Assembly: GCA_030704615.1 (NCBI GenBank)
Contig: CM060732.1
Location: 48,050,001-48,114,000, forward strand
Direction: 5' to 3'
Source of the DNA: Takakia lepidozioides
Lineage: Eukaryota > Plantae > Bryophyta
Length of the DNA stretch: 64,000 nt
In this document: positions 1-11,329 of the stretch, one piece after another
Layout: every line of letters starts with the position of its first letter
How positions within the stretch are numbered: the first letter of the stretch is position 1
The notes under the pieces: model-generated
What the model saw: only the letters and a program-made list of their open reading frames with translations
Databases searched by the model: none
What the model was told of the DNA's origin: nothing
Made by a program: the position numbers and the translations under genes

Positions 1-1196
1 TCCTGGTGACCACCACTTCCACCAAGCGACTGATTGTATCTTCTCTTCCGACAGCTCCGTGGTCGCCCGAGTCATATTCAATTGTCGGGGCTTCGTGCAC
101 TTCTTGGCCATGTGCCCGGGCTCCCCGCAATTGAAACACACTCCATCAAAGGTCGCCTTCTGTCCGCCATAAGCCGCTCCACCCGCTTTTCCTTTCGAAG
201 CACCGGGTGCCGCCTTGACGTGTGAAGGCCCTCCCTTCGATTTCCACGTGCCATTGTCGCCGCGTGGCCTATCCCACTTCTTTTCCGGTCGGAAGGAGTC
301 ACCTTCCCGCCGGGTCTTCTTGTGGTCAGCTCCGTACGGCCTTGTCTCTCACCCCTAGGGACATCCGAGAAACATTCAGCCCTCTCAATTGCCTCGTTCA
401 AAGTCTTGGGTGGCTTCTCCTCCAACTTCCGTCTGGCCCATGGGGCCAGTCCCGCCACAAAGTTGAAGACCATTTCTGGTTCTGCCATGTCCGCGACTTC
501 GAGCAACAGCACATTGAAAGCCTGGACATACCCCGAATGTCATCTGTTTGCTTCAAATTCCTCATCTTGTCCCGGGCAAGCCAGGACGCGTTGAGGGGCA
601 CAAACTGTCTCTTCATCAATTCCTTGAACCCACTCCAGTTCAAGGTTTCCGGGCTTGGACCTCGGTCGTGAAGGCGTTTCTGCCACCATTGTTGAGCATA
701 GCCCCTCAGATAGGTGGGAGCCACTTCCACCCGATCCTCGTCACTCAACTTGGCCGCCCGGAAGTACTGCTCTAGCTCCAGAGCCAGGTGTTGAGTGCCT
801 TCCGATTTCGGACGCCCTCGAAGGTGCCGGGTTCCTTAGGCTTCACCTTAAACTTTGCCTTAGTGGAAGTGGCATTAGCCGCCTTCAACACGTCTTTCAA
901 CGTCTCGCCAAACTGCGCCAACAACCCTTCCCAAAAGGCTGCCGGCATGGGAGGCATCTCTTGGTTTGTCGGAGCTCTCAAGGATTCCTCGGGCTCCGAC
1001 TCCTCGGATTCTCCCGCTCTTGAGCGGCCTCGTTTTCGGAAACATGCATCGCTTCCTCAAACGGCCGCCTCGGTGACACGTCGCCCCCCATCGGGCTCAC
1101 CGGGATCATCATCTTTTGGGCCGTTCCGCTTTCGCTTCGGCTTGCCCGACCCCATGATGAGGCCAATCCCAAGGACAATCGCGTACTGAACTCTAA
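1..1196 (-). mobile_element. Ty3/gypsy retrotransposon internal region: degenerate gag, continues beyond window start (Galadriel-like chromovirus, tentative)
   Basis: Frameshifted minus-strand ORFs give gag motifs KPKEPGTFEGVRNRKALNTWLW, YLRGYAQQWW, WSGFKELMKRQF and FNFVAGLAPWARRKL. A CCHC knuckle CFNCGEPGHMAKKC lies at ~95-140. Confidence 0.85.
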
Positions 1197-1208
1197 GCTC
1201 TGATACCA
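1197..1208 (-). promoter_or_regulatory. Primer-binding site, tRNA-iMet type (TGGTATCAGAGC)
   Basis: gctctgatacca on + is the reverse complement of the canonical iMet PBS and lies 2 nt from the LTR end. Confidence 0.9.
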
Positions 1209-1210
1209 AG

Positions 1211-1938
1211 TGTCGCGCATCTCACTTCGGTAAGCTCCCCTCTCAAGTCATAGTTACTCGCTTTGATGCGCGCGCCTGACTTCCAACCTGGCCGCCGGGC
1301 CAACTTGGAGCTTTGGCTGCCCACCGGGGCATAACGGTCCCCCTTTGTTCTCCCAAAGAACCCTCCACCTATTTGGAACCAGCGGGAATTCCCTTGGTAG
1401 TTGGCAGTCCGGAACAGCTCCCCACTCTTTGGTCGCTTTCCGGCTCGCTCGCTTACTCACTAGTTTTTGGTCACCAACGGGCTTGCACCGTTCTCGGGGT
1501 TACACTCCCTATATATACTTCTGTAGCTGTCCGCGGGGGTTTCACAACCAGCCATGCCATTTTATGGCGAACCACCACGAAAACCCTCGACTCCCGGCGA
1601 TGAGTCGCGGTGAGTTTTGGCCCACTCACCACGGCCCCTATGGACCGTGATGAGTCCCAAGACTCCCCACGACTCCCACCACAAGGTCTCCGCCCCCATG
1701 GTGAGTCGTATGCCACCCCCACTAAGTCCCGCTAAGCTACCACCACCCCTTGTGGAGCCACCCCCACCGCAACCCGGTGTGCGGGGCTCCACCTAGTGAG
1801 CGCCTTCGCCTCCTTGAGTGCCTTGGGCACTCAAGGGTGCTTCAGCCCCCCATACCTATCGCTGCCGCTACCCCCACCACAGGGGCAGCCCCTCATGTGT
1901 CCCGACCTCCCCTACCCTCAAGGCAAAGGGCCGCGACA
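1211..1938 (-). repeat. 5' LTR (728 bp) of the gypsy element, inserted into a PDF-PPR pseudogene exon
   Basis: Termini TGTCGCG...CGCGACA are adjacent to the PBS. The flank gtgagggcacc matches the uninterrupted family sequence (caatgtggtgagggcacc, minus strand ~13940). Confidence 0.88.
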
Positions 1939-3099
1939 GTGAGGGCACCTTCTTCGACGACCTATTTCAGCCTGATTTGCCTCTCATCAGACTCGGCCTT
2001 GAGATGCATATTGAATTCTGTAAGTTAGTTTGGGTGGATCTGTGGTAGTTTGGAGTGACTTTGACAAGTAATTGCCGATGTGGCAGCAAGGGAAGTATCC
2101 AAAAACAGATAACAGAGATGAGGAGAAGCTTTGGTTTGTAGACAGGCAGGGATAACTAAAGGACCAGGGGTAGAGGTCCAGATTTATCCAAGATGGCCGG
2201 ATTTCAAATACGAGATCACTTCTGATTCCTGTGGATCAATACACTACAACAGATGAGCGTTTTTATGACTGCACATATGACTATTTTTTCAGTCCTATAT
2301 GCGTTCATGACTACATCACTCTGTAGTGAAAAAAACCCTGTCATAGCGACTAGTCTTTAAGACTGCATTTTGCAAGTCATAGCCGTGACTGCGTGCGTGG
2401 CACCTGGAGTCATGCATAAGAGAGTGATGTAGTTACAACTCTATGACTTACATACGACTAACTATATGACTACATTATCTGATGAGCGTTGCCTACATGG
2501 AGAGGCTTTAGATGAACACGTGCACCACTGCGCAAGCGACACGTCACAACACCTGTTGCACTTCAGATGTGACATGTGGCACTTAGACATAATATATGAC
2601 TAGCATATATGGCAGGGTTTATGCCACGTGTCATCAAGAATGTCTCTGAAAATAATTTAATAGTTATATTTGTAATTTTAAATTCTTAAATTTATATTTT
2701 ATTTTTGAAAACAGGGGATAGCAGCTTGGAAAATTTTAAATGGTATTATTGTTTAATTTAATAATGTTATACAAAATAAAAATAGATTAAATGATTTAAA
2801 CTCTTCATTACATGGTGAAATTCTGATATAAAAACAGAATGGACCCCTCTTGCATACTAGCAACCACAAGGACATTCAAAATAGACAAGTACAGGGAAAT
2901 ACACGTCGTGTAAATTATATTACAAAAATCCAAACGAGACCAATGTCCCAATGGACACCTCAAAGGCCACAAGGTCCAAAAATCCATGCCTAAAAAGGTC
3001 TAGTAAGCAAAAAATAAGCAAGCCCACACATGGGCTGAATTGCTGAATTGTTTGTTCTGGTGCTATTAGAATCAAGGACCCTGTTAAACAGTGCAATAC

Positions 3100-3835
3100 T
3101 TACTGCCGATTTGATAAGAGGGAAAAACAGGGTGAAATGTGTTGAAGAAGGTGCCTTGATTAACAGTGCCTGATTTGATCAATTGTGCTGCTGCTGCTGC
3201 GGCTTCCAGTTGACCATCTACCCATGCAGGTTTCTTGTACCTATCCTTCCACATGGAATCATAGGTAATATGGAGCTTGAAATCCGGCCCTCTTGGATGA
3301 ATCTGGACCCACACATCTATCCCTGTTCCTTCAGCTATCCATGCCCTTGCACAAATCATGCATACATCCTCGCCTTGCTGCTAGTAGCTGACAATGACAG
3401 CCTAGAATTGCTTGAGCAAACACCCCAACCCTACTTATCACACTAGTTCCTATGCTGACTTGCGTCTGCTTCCAACAGACATTCACCTTTTGCCTCGATT
3501 GTTCCACCATTGACTGAGGTCGGGAACGTATTCATCCTAGAGCTTCTCCTCGAGTCTCTGTTATATATTTATTGATACTTTCCTGTCGACCACATTGGCA
3601 GTAACATGTCAAAATAACTCCAAAACTACCATAGATCCACCAACGAGCTAACTTGCAGAATTCAATATTAAAATTTAGGGACGACTCTGATAGCAGGGGA
3701 AAACAAGGTGAAATATGTTGAAGAAGGTACCTTCATTAGCAGCGCCTTGTTTTATGAATTGTGCTGTTGCCGCTGCTGTCTCCACTTGACCATCTACCCA
3801 CTTGTAGCCGCTGTGAGCTATTGAAGAAGGTGCCC
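3100..3835 (-). pseudogene. Captured PDF-motif module with both introns (cargo of CACTA 1)
   Basis: WWNNRGK|gtgaat intron (donor at 3486) ... ggtccag|IHPRGPDFKLHITYDSMWKDRYKKPAWVDGQLEAAAAAAQLIKSG. Confidence 0.8.
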
Positions 3836-6142
3836 CCTTCCCCCATCATTTGATCATAGGTCTCCATACCATGTCCCTGCTCTACATACCCTGCAAGCAT
3901 CGCGTTCCATGACACCACATCTCGTTCAACCATAGTGTTGAAAACTCCCTTTTGCATCCTTAATGCACCCACATTTCGCATATATGTCCACCAGGGCAGT
4001 GTTCAGAATGACATCTGGTACAATTCCAGCTTTGATGATGTCACCATGGACCTCTTTCCTTTTTTCCAGAGGTCCCAGGCTTGCACACGCATCGCAAACA
4101 CAAACAAACGTGATGTGGTTGGGCTTCAACCCTTCGCGCAACATTTGCTCATAGGTCTCCAAAGCATTCCTACCACACCCATGCTTGGTAAATCCTGCCA
4201 ACATTATATTCCACGTGATCAAAGATCATTGAGACTTTCTGTTGAAAACTTCGTGAGCATGCATGCATGATGCTCCTACACTTAACATACATGTTTGCTC
4301 CTGCACCCACATTTTGCATACATGTCCACCAGGGTATTGTTCAAAATGACATTTGGTACAATTCCAGCCCTGATGATGTCGCCATGGACCTCTTTGCAAG
4401 CCCTTTTCCAGAGCTGCCATGGCTGTGTTCAGAATGACATTGGGTACAATTCCAGCTTTGATGATGTCACCATTCACCTCTTTGCCCTTTTCCAGGGCTG
4501 CCAAGCTTGCACAAGCATTGCGAGTGCACACAAACGTGATGTGGTCGGGCTTCACCCCTTCGCACATCATTTGCTCATACGTCTCCAAAGCCTCCATCCC
4601 GCGCCCCTGTTGTGCATTCACTGCGAGCATCGCACTCCACGACACCACATTTCGTTCAGCCATATTGTTGATCACTCCCTTTGCATCCTTGATGCTCCCA
4701 CATTTGGCATACAAGTCCACCAGGGCAATGTTCAGGATCACATCTGGTATGATTCCAGCTCTGACAATGTCGCCATGCACCTCTTTGCCCTTTTCCAGGG
4801 CTGCCAAGCTTGCACACGCACTGCAAATGCACACAAATGTGATGTGGTTGAGCTTCATCCCTTCACACATCATTTGCTCATACGTCTCCAAAGCCTCCAT
4901 CCCGCGCCCCTGCTATGTATACCCAGCGAGCATCGCACTCCACGACACCACATTTTGTTCAGCCATATTGTTGAACACTCCCTTTGCATCCTCGATGCTC
5001 CCACATTTGGCATACATGTCCACCAGGGCAGTGTTCAGGATCACATCTGGTACGATTCCAGCTTTGACGATGTCACCATGCACCTCTTTGCCCTTTTCCA
5101 GGGCTACCAGGCTTGCACACGCACTGCAAATGCACACAAACGTGATGTGGTCGGGCTTCATCCCTTCACACATCATTTGCTCATACGTCTCCAAAGCCTC
5201 CATCTCGCGCCCCTGCTGTGTATACCTTGCGAGCATCGCACTCCACGACACCACATTTCGTTCAGCCATATTGTTGAACACTCCCTTTGCATCCTCGATG
5301 CTCCCACATTTGGCATACATGTCCACCAGGGCAGTGTTCAGGATCACATCTGGTACGATTCGAGCTTTGACAATGTCACCATGCACCTCTTTGCCCTTTT
5401 CTAGGGCTGCCAGGCTTGCACACGCACTGCAAACGCACACAAACGTGATGTGGTCGGGCTTCATCCCTTCACAGAGCATCGCACTCCACGACACCACATT
5501 TTGTTCAGCCATATTGTTGAACACTCCCTTTGCATCCTCGATGCTCTCACATTTGGCATACATGTCCACCAGGGCAGTGTTCAGGATCACATCTGGTACG
5601 ATTCCAGCTTTGACAATGTCACCATGCACCTCTTTGCCCTTTTCCAGGGCTGCCAGGCTTGCACACACACTGCAAACGCACACAAACGTGATGTGGTCGG
5701 GCTTCACCCCTTCCCCCATCATTTGCTCATAGGTCTCCAAAGCATTCCTACCACACCCATGCTTGGTAAATCCTCCCAACATTATATTCCACGTGATCAA
5801 AGATCATTGAGGCATTCTGTTGAACACTTGGTGAGCATCCATGATGCTCCCGCACTTAACATACATGTTGACAAGGGTGTTGAGGAGAAAAACATTTGGC
5901 GTGAATCCACTTTGGATAATGTGAGTTTGCACCTGCTTTTTAGCTTCCAGGCCTTTCATCTTGATGCACTTATGCAAGAGACAGACATACGTATCTGAAT
6001 CTGCTGAAATGCCTCCTTGGTTTAAAGTCTGTAGAGCCTCTGTCAGTCTGCCTGCCTCACAAAGCATCTTCACATGCCCATGAGTGCCAGAAGAGACATT
6101 ATGGAATCCCTCTCTTGATCCGCTTCCAGAAGTTGTGGTCAC
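3836..6142 (-). pseudogene. PLS-class PPR array, pseudogenised (cargo of CACTA 1)
   Basis: Repeated P (VVSWSAMLAGY..), L (HITFVCICSACASLAALEKGKEVH) and S (VILNTALVDMYAKCGSIEDA) motifs with a 303-bp period. N-terminal HVKMLCEAGRLTEAL. In-frame stops at 5804, 4913 and 4226, plus frameshifts. Confidence 0.92.
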
Positions 6143-6617
6143 GGTTCAGGTGCCTGGTTTTCACTACATGACTCCGGAAAGTTAGGGAGCATTGGTCAAA
6201 CATTGTTGACCATGATGACAGGGATGGTTTATATGACTAGTGTGATATGTTTGACTACACGTGAACGACGTTTCATGGAATCTTATGACTCCATGACTGA
6301 AGATGGTTTCACAGCTCTATTTATACGACTACATCACTACACGTGTCATTTTGAAGGCACATATAATGCAAATGAGGTTGCCCATTAGGTTTAAAAAAAT
6401 TAAAAAGTTGCTAATAAGGTTGCCCATTAGGGTAATCGTGAACAGAAAGGAGGGCTGGGACTTGGCGTTTTTTTTTGTCTCCTGCGCCACACCACATAGC
6501 CGAGGGATGGAACGCGATGATAGCAGGATATGCAGGGGCGTGGGATGGAGGCGTTGAGCAAATGATGCACGAAGGAGAAGAGGAGGAGGAGAGGAGATGA
6601 GGAGAAGCGAGCTCACC

Positions 6618-7400
6618 GTTCTTGGGAGAGTCAGCTTGGTCTTAGCAGGCGTGTTTCAATCTCTGACTACTCAGCTACGCCGTAGTGGTTCGATCTCACA
6701 GACCAATCCGACATTACCTGACTACAGACACAAGCAGCACACACAAGAGGTCTTTTTAGGTTGATGGTTGGTCAAATCCTCCATGGGTCAGGACAGGTCA
6801 AAGACAATGTGGTAGGGCACCTTCTTCTTCAACCTATTTCAGCCTGTGTTGCCCTCTCATCATACTCGGCCGCAAGATGCATATTGAATTCTGTAAGTTA
6901 GGTCGTTGGGTAGATCCGTGGTGGTTTGGAGTGACTTTGGCAAGTTACTGCCAGTGTGGCAGCAGGGAAGTATCCAAAAACATATAATAGAGGTGAGGAG
7001 AAGCTTTGGGGTGAACACTTTCCGACCCCAGTCAATGGTGGGACAATGGAGACAAAAAGGCGAATGCCTGTTGGACTACAGAGAGAAGAAGATGCATTTC
7101 AGATTGTGATAAGTAGGGTTGGGGTGTTTCGTATGGTTGGGGTGTTTGTTGGTAGAATTCTAGGCTGTCAGAGGCATGGATAGCTGAAGGAGCAGGGATA
7201 GAGTGTGGGTCCAGATTCATCCAAGAGGGCTGGATTTCAAGCTCCACATTACCTATGATTCCCTGTGGAAGGATAGCTACAAGAAACCTACATGGGTAGA
7301 TGGTCAACTGGAAGCGGCAGCAGCAGTGGCACAATTGATAAGGTCAGGCACTTCTACTGAAGGCACCTCCTTCAGCACATTTCACCCTGTTTTTCCTTCT
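6618..7400 (+). pseudogene. Captured 5' part of PDF-motif gene with introns 6893-6962 and 7060-7214 (cargo of CACTA 1, inverted relative to 3100-3835)
   Basis: ..MHIEF|S GKYPKTYNRGEEKLW..DPSQWWDNGDKK|IHPRGLDFKLHITYDSLWKDSYKKPTWVDGQL. The splice phases are consistent; there is one frameshift. Confidence 0.8.
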
Positions 7401-10400
7401 TATCCGTTTCTTGCGAGCTGTCTTCTCTTATCTGTTTGTCTACCCAATCTTCAGTGAATGCGTCAAAGCTTTGTGTTTTGGCTTCTTCCTCACTTTTGTC
7501 ACCCTCTCCAATGAATATCGCTGGTTGGCGCTCAAACCCTGCTGAGCTGTAGATGTTGTCCATGCCAATGCATTCTTCTTCACCAAATCCATGTTTTTGC
7601 CCTAAATCCTTGATGTCTTGGCTGGATTTCTGCAGAATAGGCATCCCATCCCCTATTTCGGCCTTCTTTGCACTTCCTCGTGTCAACATGTTGATGTGGG
7701 GTGTTGTTGTAGTCTTATTGGAGTGTGATCACTTATATGGTATATCTCGTCCAACTCATCCAGTGCCTCCACTCATTATGAGTGAACTGACATGACACTT
7801 GTGCTGTTGGTTGCATCATGTACTCCGTGCTTGGCAGTGGGTAAGCTTCTCCTCCTTCCACGTACTCATTGATCACTGCAAAAGGTACTCCATACATCTT
7901 CCCTTGAGGTCTTGCCCCTTTTTTTGCTTCTGTGATTGTTTCAGCTTTGCTGAAAGTTTGCCAAGACCCATGTTGGGTTAGTGTGTGACGACTGTGTCTC
8001 ATGTTAGATTTTGCACAATGTTCTTTGTTTGGGCCTTCTGATTACTACAAAGTCATAAAACTATGACTGCAATGCATTTCAGCGCTCTATAGTCATCTAC
8101 CTAGTGCAGTTTTTATGACTCCGCCAAAGCCGTAGTCCTAAAAACGCTCATCTCCTGTAGTGATAGCTACAAGAAATTTGTGTGGGTAGTTGGTCAACTG
8201 GAAACAGTGGCGGCACAGCACAATTGATAGAACAAGGCACTGCTAATGAAAGCACCTTCTTCAACACATTTCACCCTGTTTTTCTCTCTTGTTAGAACCG
8301 GCCCTAAATTTCCATGTTGAATTTTGCAAGTTAGCTGGTTGAGTGAATCTAGTTTGGAGTGATTTTGACATGATACTGCTAATGTGATAACAGTAAAGTA
8401 TCCAAAAACAGGTAACATAGATGAGGAGAAGGTGTGGAATGAATACTACAAGATTACATATGATTCCCTCTGGATCAATAGCTATAAGAAACCTGCATGC
8501 GTAGATGGTCGACTAAAGACAGCAGTTGTAGCGGCACAATTGATAAAATCAGGCACCTCAACCATGGATTACCACATACTAGCCGGTGGATGGCTGCTGA
8601 TGTTGTTCGAGTGCTGAGTGGCCAACTCCTCAGAGTTCAGATTATCTATGATTCCATGCGGAAGGATAGCTACAAGAAACTAGCATGCAGGGTAGATGGT
8701 CAACTGGAAGCCGCAGCAGCAGCGGCACAATTGATAAATCAGGCACTGCTACTGAAGGCACATTCTTTAACACATTTCACCCTGTTTTTCCCTTTTATCA
8801 TAATCGGCCCTAAATTTCAACGTTGAATTCTGCAAGTTAGCTGGTTGAATGAACCTTTGATAGTTTGGAGTGACTAAATTGACATGATACTGCCAATGTG
8901 ACAAGAGGAAAGTATCCAAAAACAGGTAACAAAGACGAGGAGAAGTTGTGGAATGAATATTTTTCTGACCCCAGTCAATGGTGGGACAACCTAGGCAAAA
9001 AGGTGAATATGCCTGTTGGATTACAGAGAGTAGCAGATGCAATTGAGCATAGGAACTTCACTTGTGTTCTCAATGCATGTGCCAAGGTAGGAAGCCTGGA
9101 AAGAGGGCAGCGGGTCCATGTTGACATCATCAAAACTGGAATTCTGTTGACAACATGGCTATACAAAATATGGTCTCATGTGATGATTGCAGGATGTGCT
9201 CAGTATGGGTGTGGTAGGGAGGCCTTCCATCTCTTTGAACAAATGTGACAGAAAGGCTTTAAGCATTTTGGTTGCATGGTGGACCTTCTTGGCCGTGCAG
9301 GGCGATTAGATGAGGCAGAGTACTATCCAGCACATGAATCAACTTGCACCATGTTCCATCAGGTTTGTAATTGCGTACGTCCTCGTGTTTTTCTGGCCTG
9401 AAGCCCGTAGTGGCTTTGTCGTAGAAATGTTGTGATTAAGTTGGGACGACTCGTGTTGTTTATTCTTCTCTCACTGGCTTATTGTAGGTTCTCTGGTTTC
9501 AAATGCAAAGTTCGGATGTGTATGTTGTTCATCTAGTACTTCAAGGGGACAAATGAGCTCAATGCTCCCGATGATACATCTAATACACGTGGAATTCTTT
9601 AGCAAATATCAGTTTCTCCATGCCATGTGGAAGTCTCTTCCACGCCAGGTACTTTTGCAGTGAATGCAGATGTGTAATCAAGTTGTATCTTTGTATTTTG
9701 AGTTAGGGCATGAATGTGGGCAGGGTTTTCAAATAGTTGTCAGCTATCCCTATTCAGGCCTTGCTTGCATCGAGAGACCATGGAGCCAAAGTGGTGAAAG
9801 ACTGGAAGAGTAGCCTTGAGATGTTCTAATAGGTGTGCCAGCTTGCAGACTGAATGAAAGTTTCTTTCTATTATCACCCATTTACTACGAGGTGTTCACC
9901 AAGAAGGCATGTGGTTGACAGGCAGGAAGGATGCAAGTGATAAGGCAATATTGCTAGACATGATATTTTGGGCACTTGACAACCCCCCTCCAGCACACTT
10001 TCTTCTCATATCAGGGGATCGTGACTTTGCCAATGCGCTTCATCGACTTTGAATGAGAACCTACTATTATTTTGTTTTGACGGCCTCTTAATCTCTATGT
10101 ATCACCATCGCTGCTTGATGTGGCATCAAGTGTGTGGCTTTGGGCTAGCCTAGCACGCGGTGAAGGCGTAAACACTGAGTCTACAGCTTTGCCAGGAGTT
10201 TGATCAGAGCAACCTCTTTCTTCTTGGGATCACTCCAACCATAGGGTCTTGGCACCTGAATATTCCAGTAGTACATCTGAGTATGTGAATGGGCGGGTAT
10301 CTGTACACACAAGCTATAACAGTCCCACACCCGGTAAAGACAGGGATGTACAGTTTGAAGCTGGCATTAGATGGGAGGCTCCACCAGATCACCCACGCAA

Positions 10401-11329
10401 TAAGAACATGTCATTTGTAGGTGCAAACAATAATGGAAAGGGTCCACTGTCTAATAACATGATCAGTGGGCAGCCTACTGTGTAGCTGCGACTTTCCCAA
10501 GACAACAAAGGCATCATGAACTAGCTTCACAAGCAAATGTAACTTCCTCAACCGAGTTCATCCCCCAGCTACAGCCATTGACTGACAATGTAGATCCACT
10601 AGAAGGAAAACGCGGAATAACCACTCTGTTAACCACTCATTTTGAGTGGTACAAGACACTAAACCACTCTGGCCCCAGAGTGATGAAGAACCAGTGGATT
10701 AGGACAAGTGAGTGGTTAAGGACAGTGGTTCGAACCACTCACGTCCAGGTCCACCTGTTCGCTGACATGTCACAGTGGTAAATTAACCACTGTGACATGT
10801 AAACTCACCACTGTGACGTGTCACTGAGGTAAACCAACCACTTCTGACGTGTCACAGTGGTAAACTGACATGTCATAGTGGTAAAATAACCACTTCCGTT
10901 TTCCAGTGGACACGTGGAAGTCGGTGGTCCGTGGATGATATTGGAGATTATGTTGACACGTGGCGACACTCTCAGCATGGACACGTGTCATGTGTCGGTA
11001 CTGGAGGAATTCATACCACTAACACAGTAATATATAGGTGATTACTTATACCACTACAGGAGTGGTAATGGAGGCAATTGTGTATCACTAGTGTAGTGAA
11101 AGAAGTACCATTGGGGATTCAAGCTCCACAAATAAAATAGAATCCCAGAGAGTAAGTGCTGGAACACTGTCAACAAAATCCAACCATGATAAAAGTCTGA
11201 GCCTAACTTCTACACGGCGTCTCCGCATGCATGCTAGGAACACTGAACTACTTTCCTGCCTTCTTCTCATTGCCAGCAATGTCTACACCCGGGCGAACGA
11301 AATTGTAAGCCCTCTTCATGTTCTTCTCT

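Larger units (their letters stand above)
2242..8162. mobile_element. Non-autonomous Pack-type CACTA (En/Spm) element 1, 5921 bp
   Basis: TIRs CACTACAACAGATGAGCGTTTTTATGACT and (rc) CACTACAGGAGATGAGCGTTTTTAGGACT match at 26/29. TSD ATA at 2239-2241 and 8163-8165. ATGACT/AGTCAT subterminal repeats. No recognisable transposase. Confidence 0.92.
1939..9330 (+). pseudogene. PDF-motif (OSB-like) + PLS-PPR pseudogene, host locus, split by CACTA element 1 (pieces 1939-2241 and 8163-9330)
   Basis: IYPRWPDFKYEITSDSLWIN | SYKK... is continuous across the insertion (one frameshift just before it). Further modules follow (EEKLWNEYFSDPSQWWDNLGKK, ~8938-9003), then PPR remnants FTCVLNACAKVGSLERGQRVH and HFGCMVDLLGRAGRLDEA. 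Many deletions and stops. Confidence 0.8.

Noticed and set aside
4295-5998. Long plus-strand ORFs (369, 437 and 182 aa)
   Set aside because: Antisense shadows of the tandem PPR repeats; a stop-free unit repeated in tandem gives long ORFs, and the recognisable motifs are on the minus strand.
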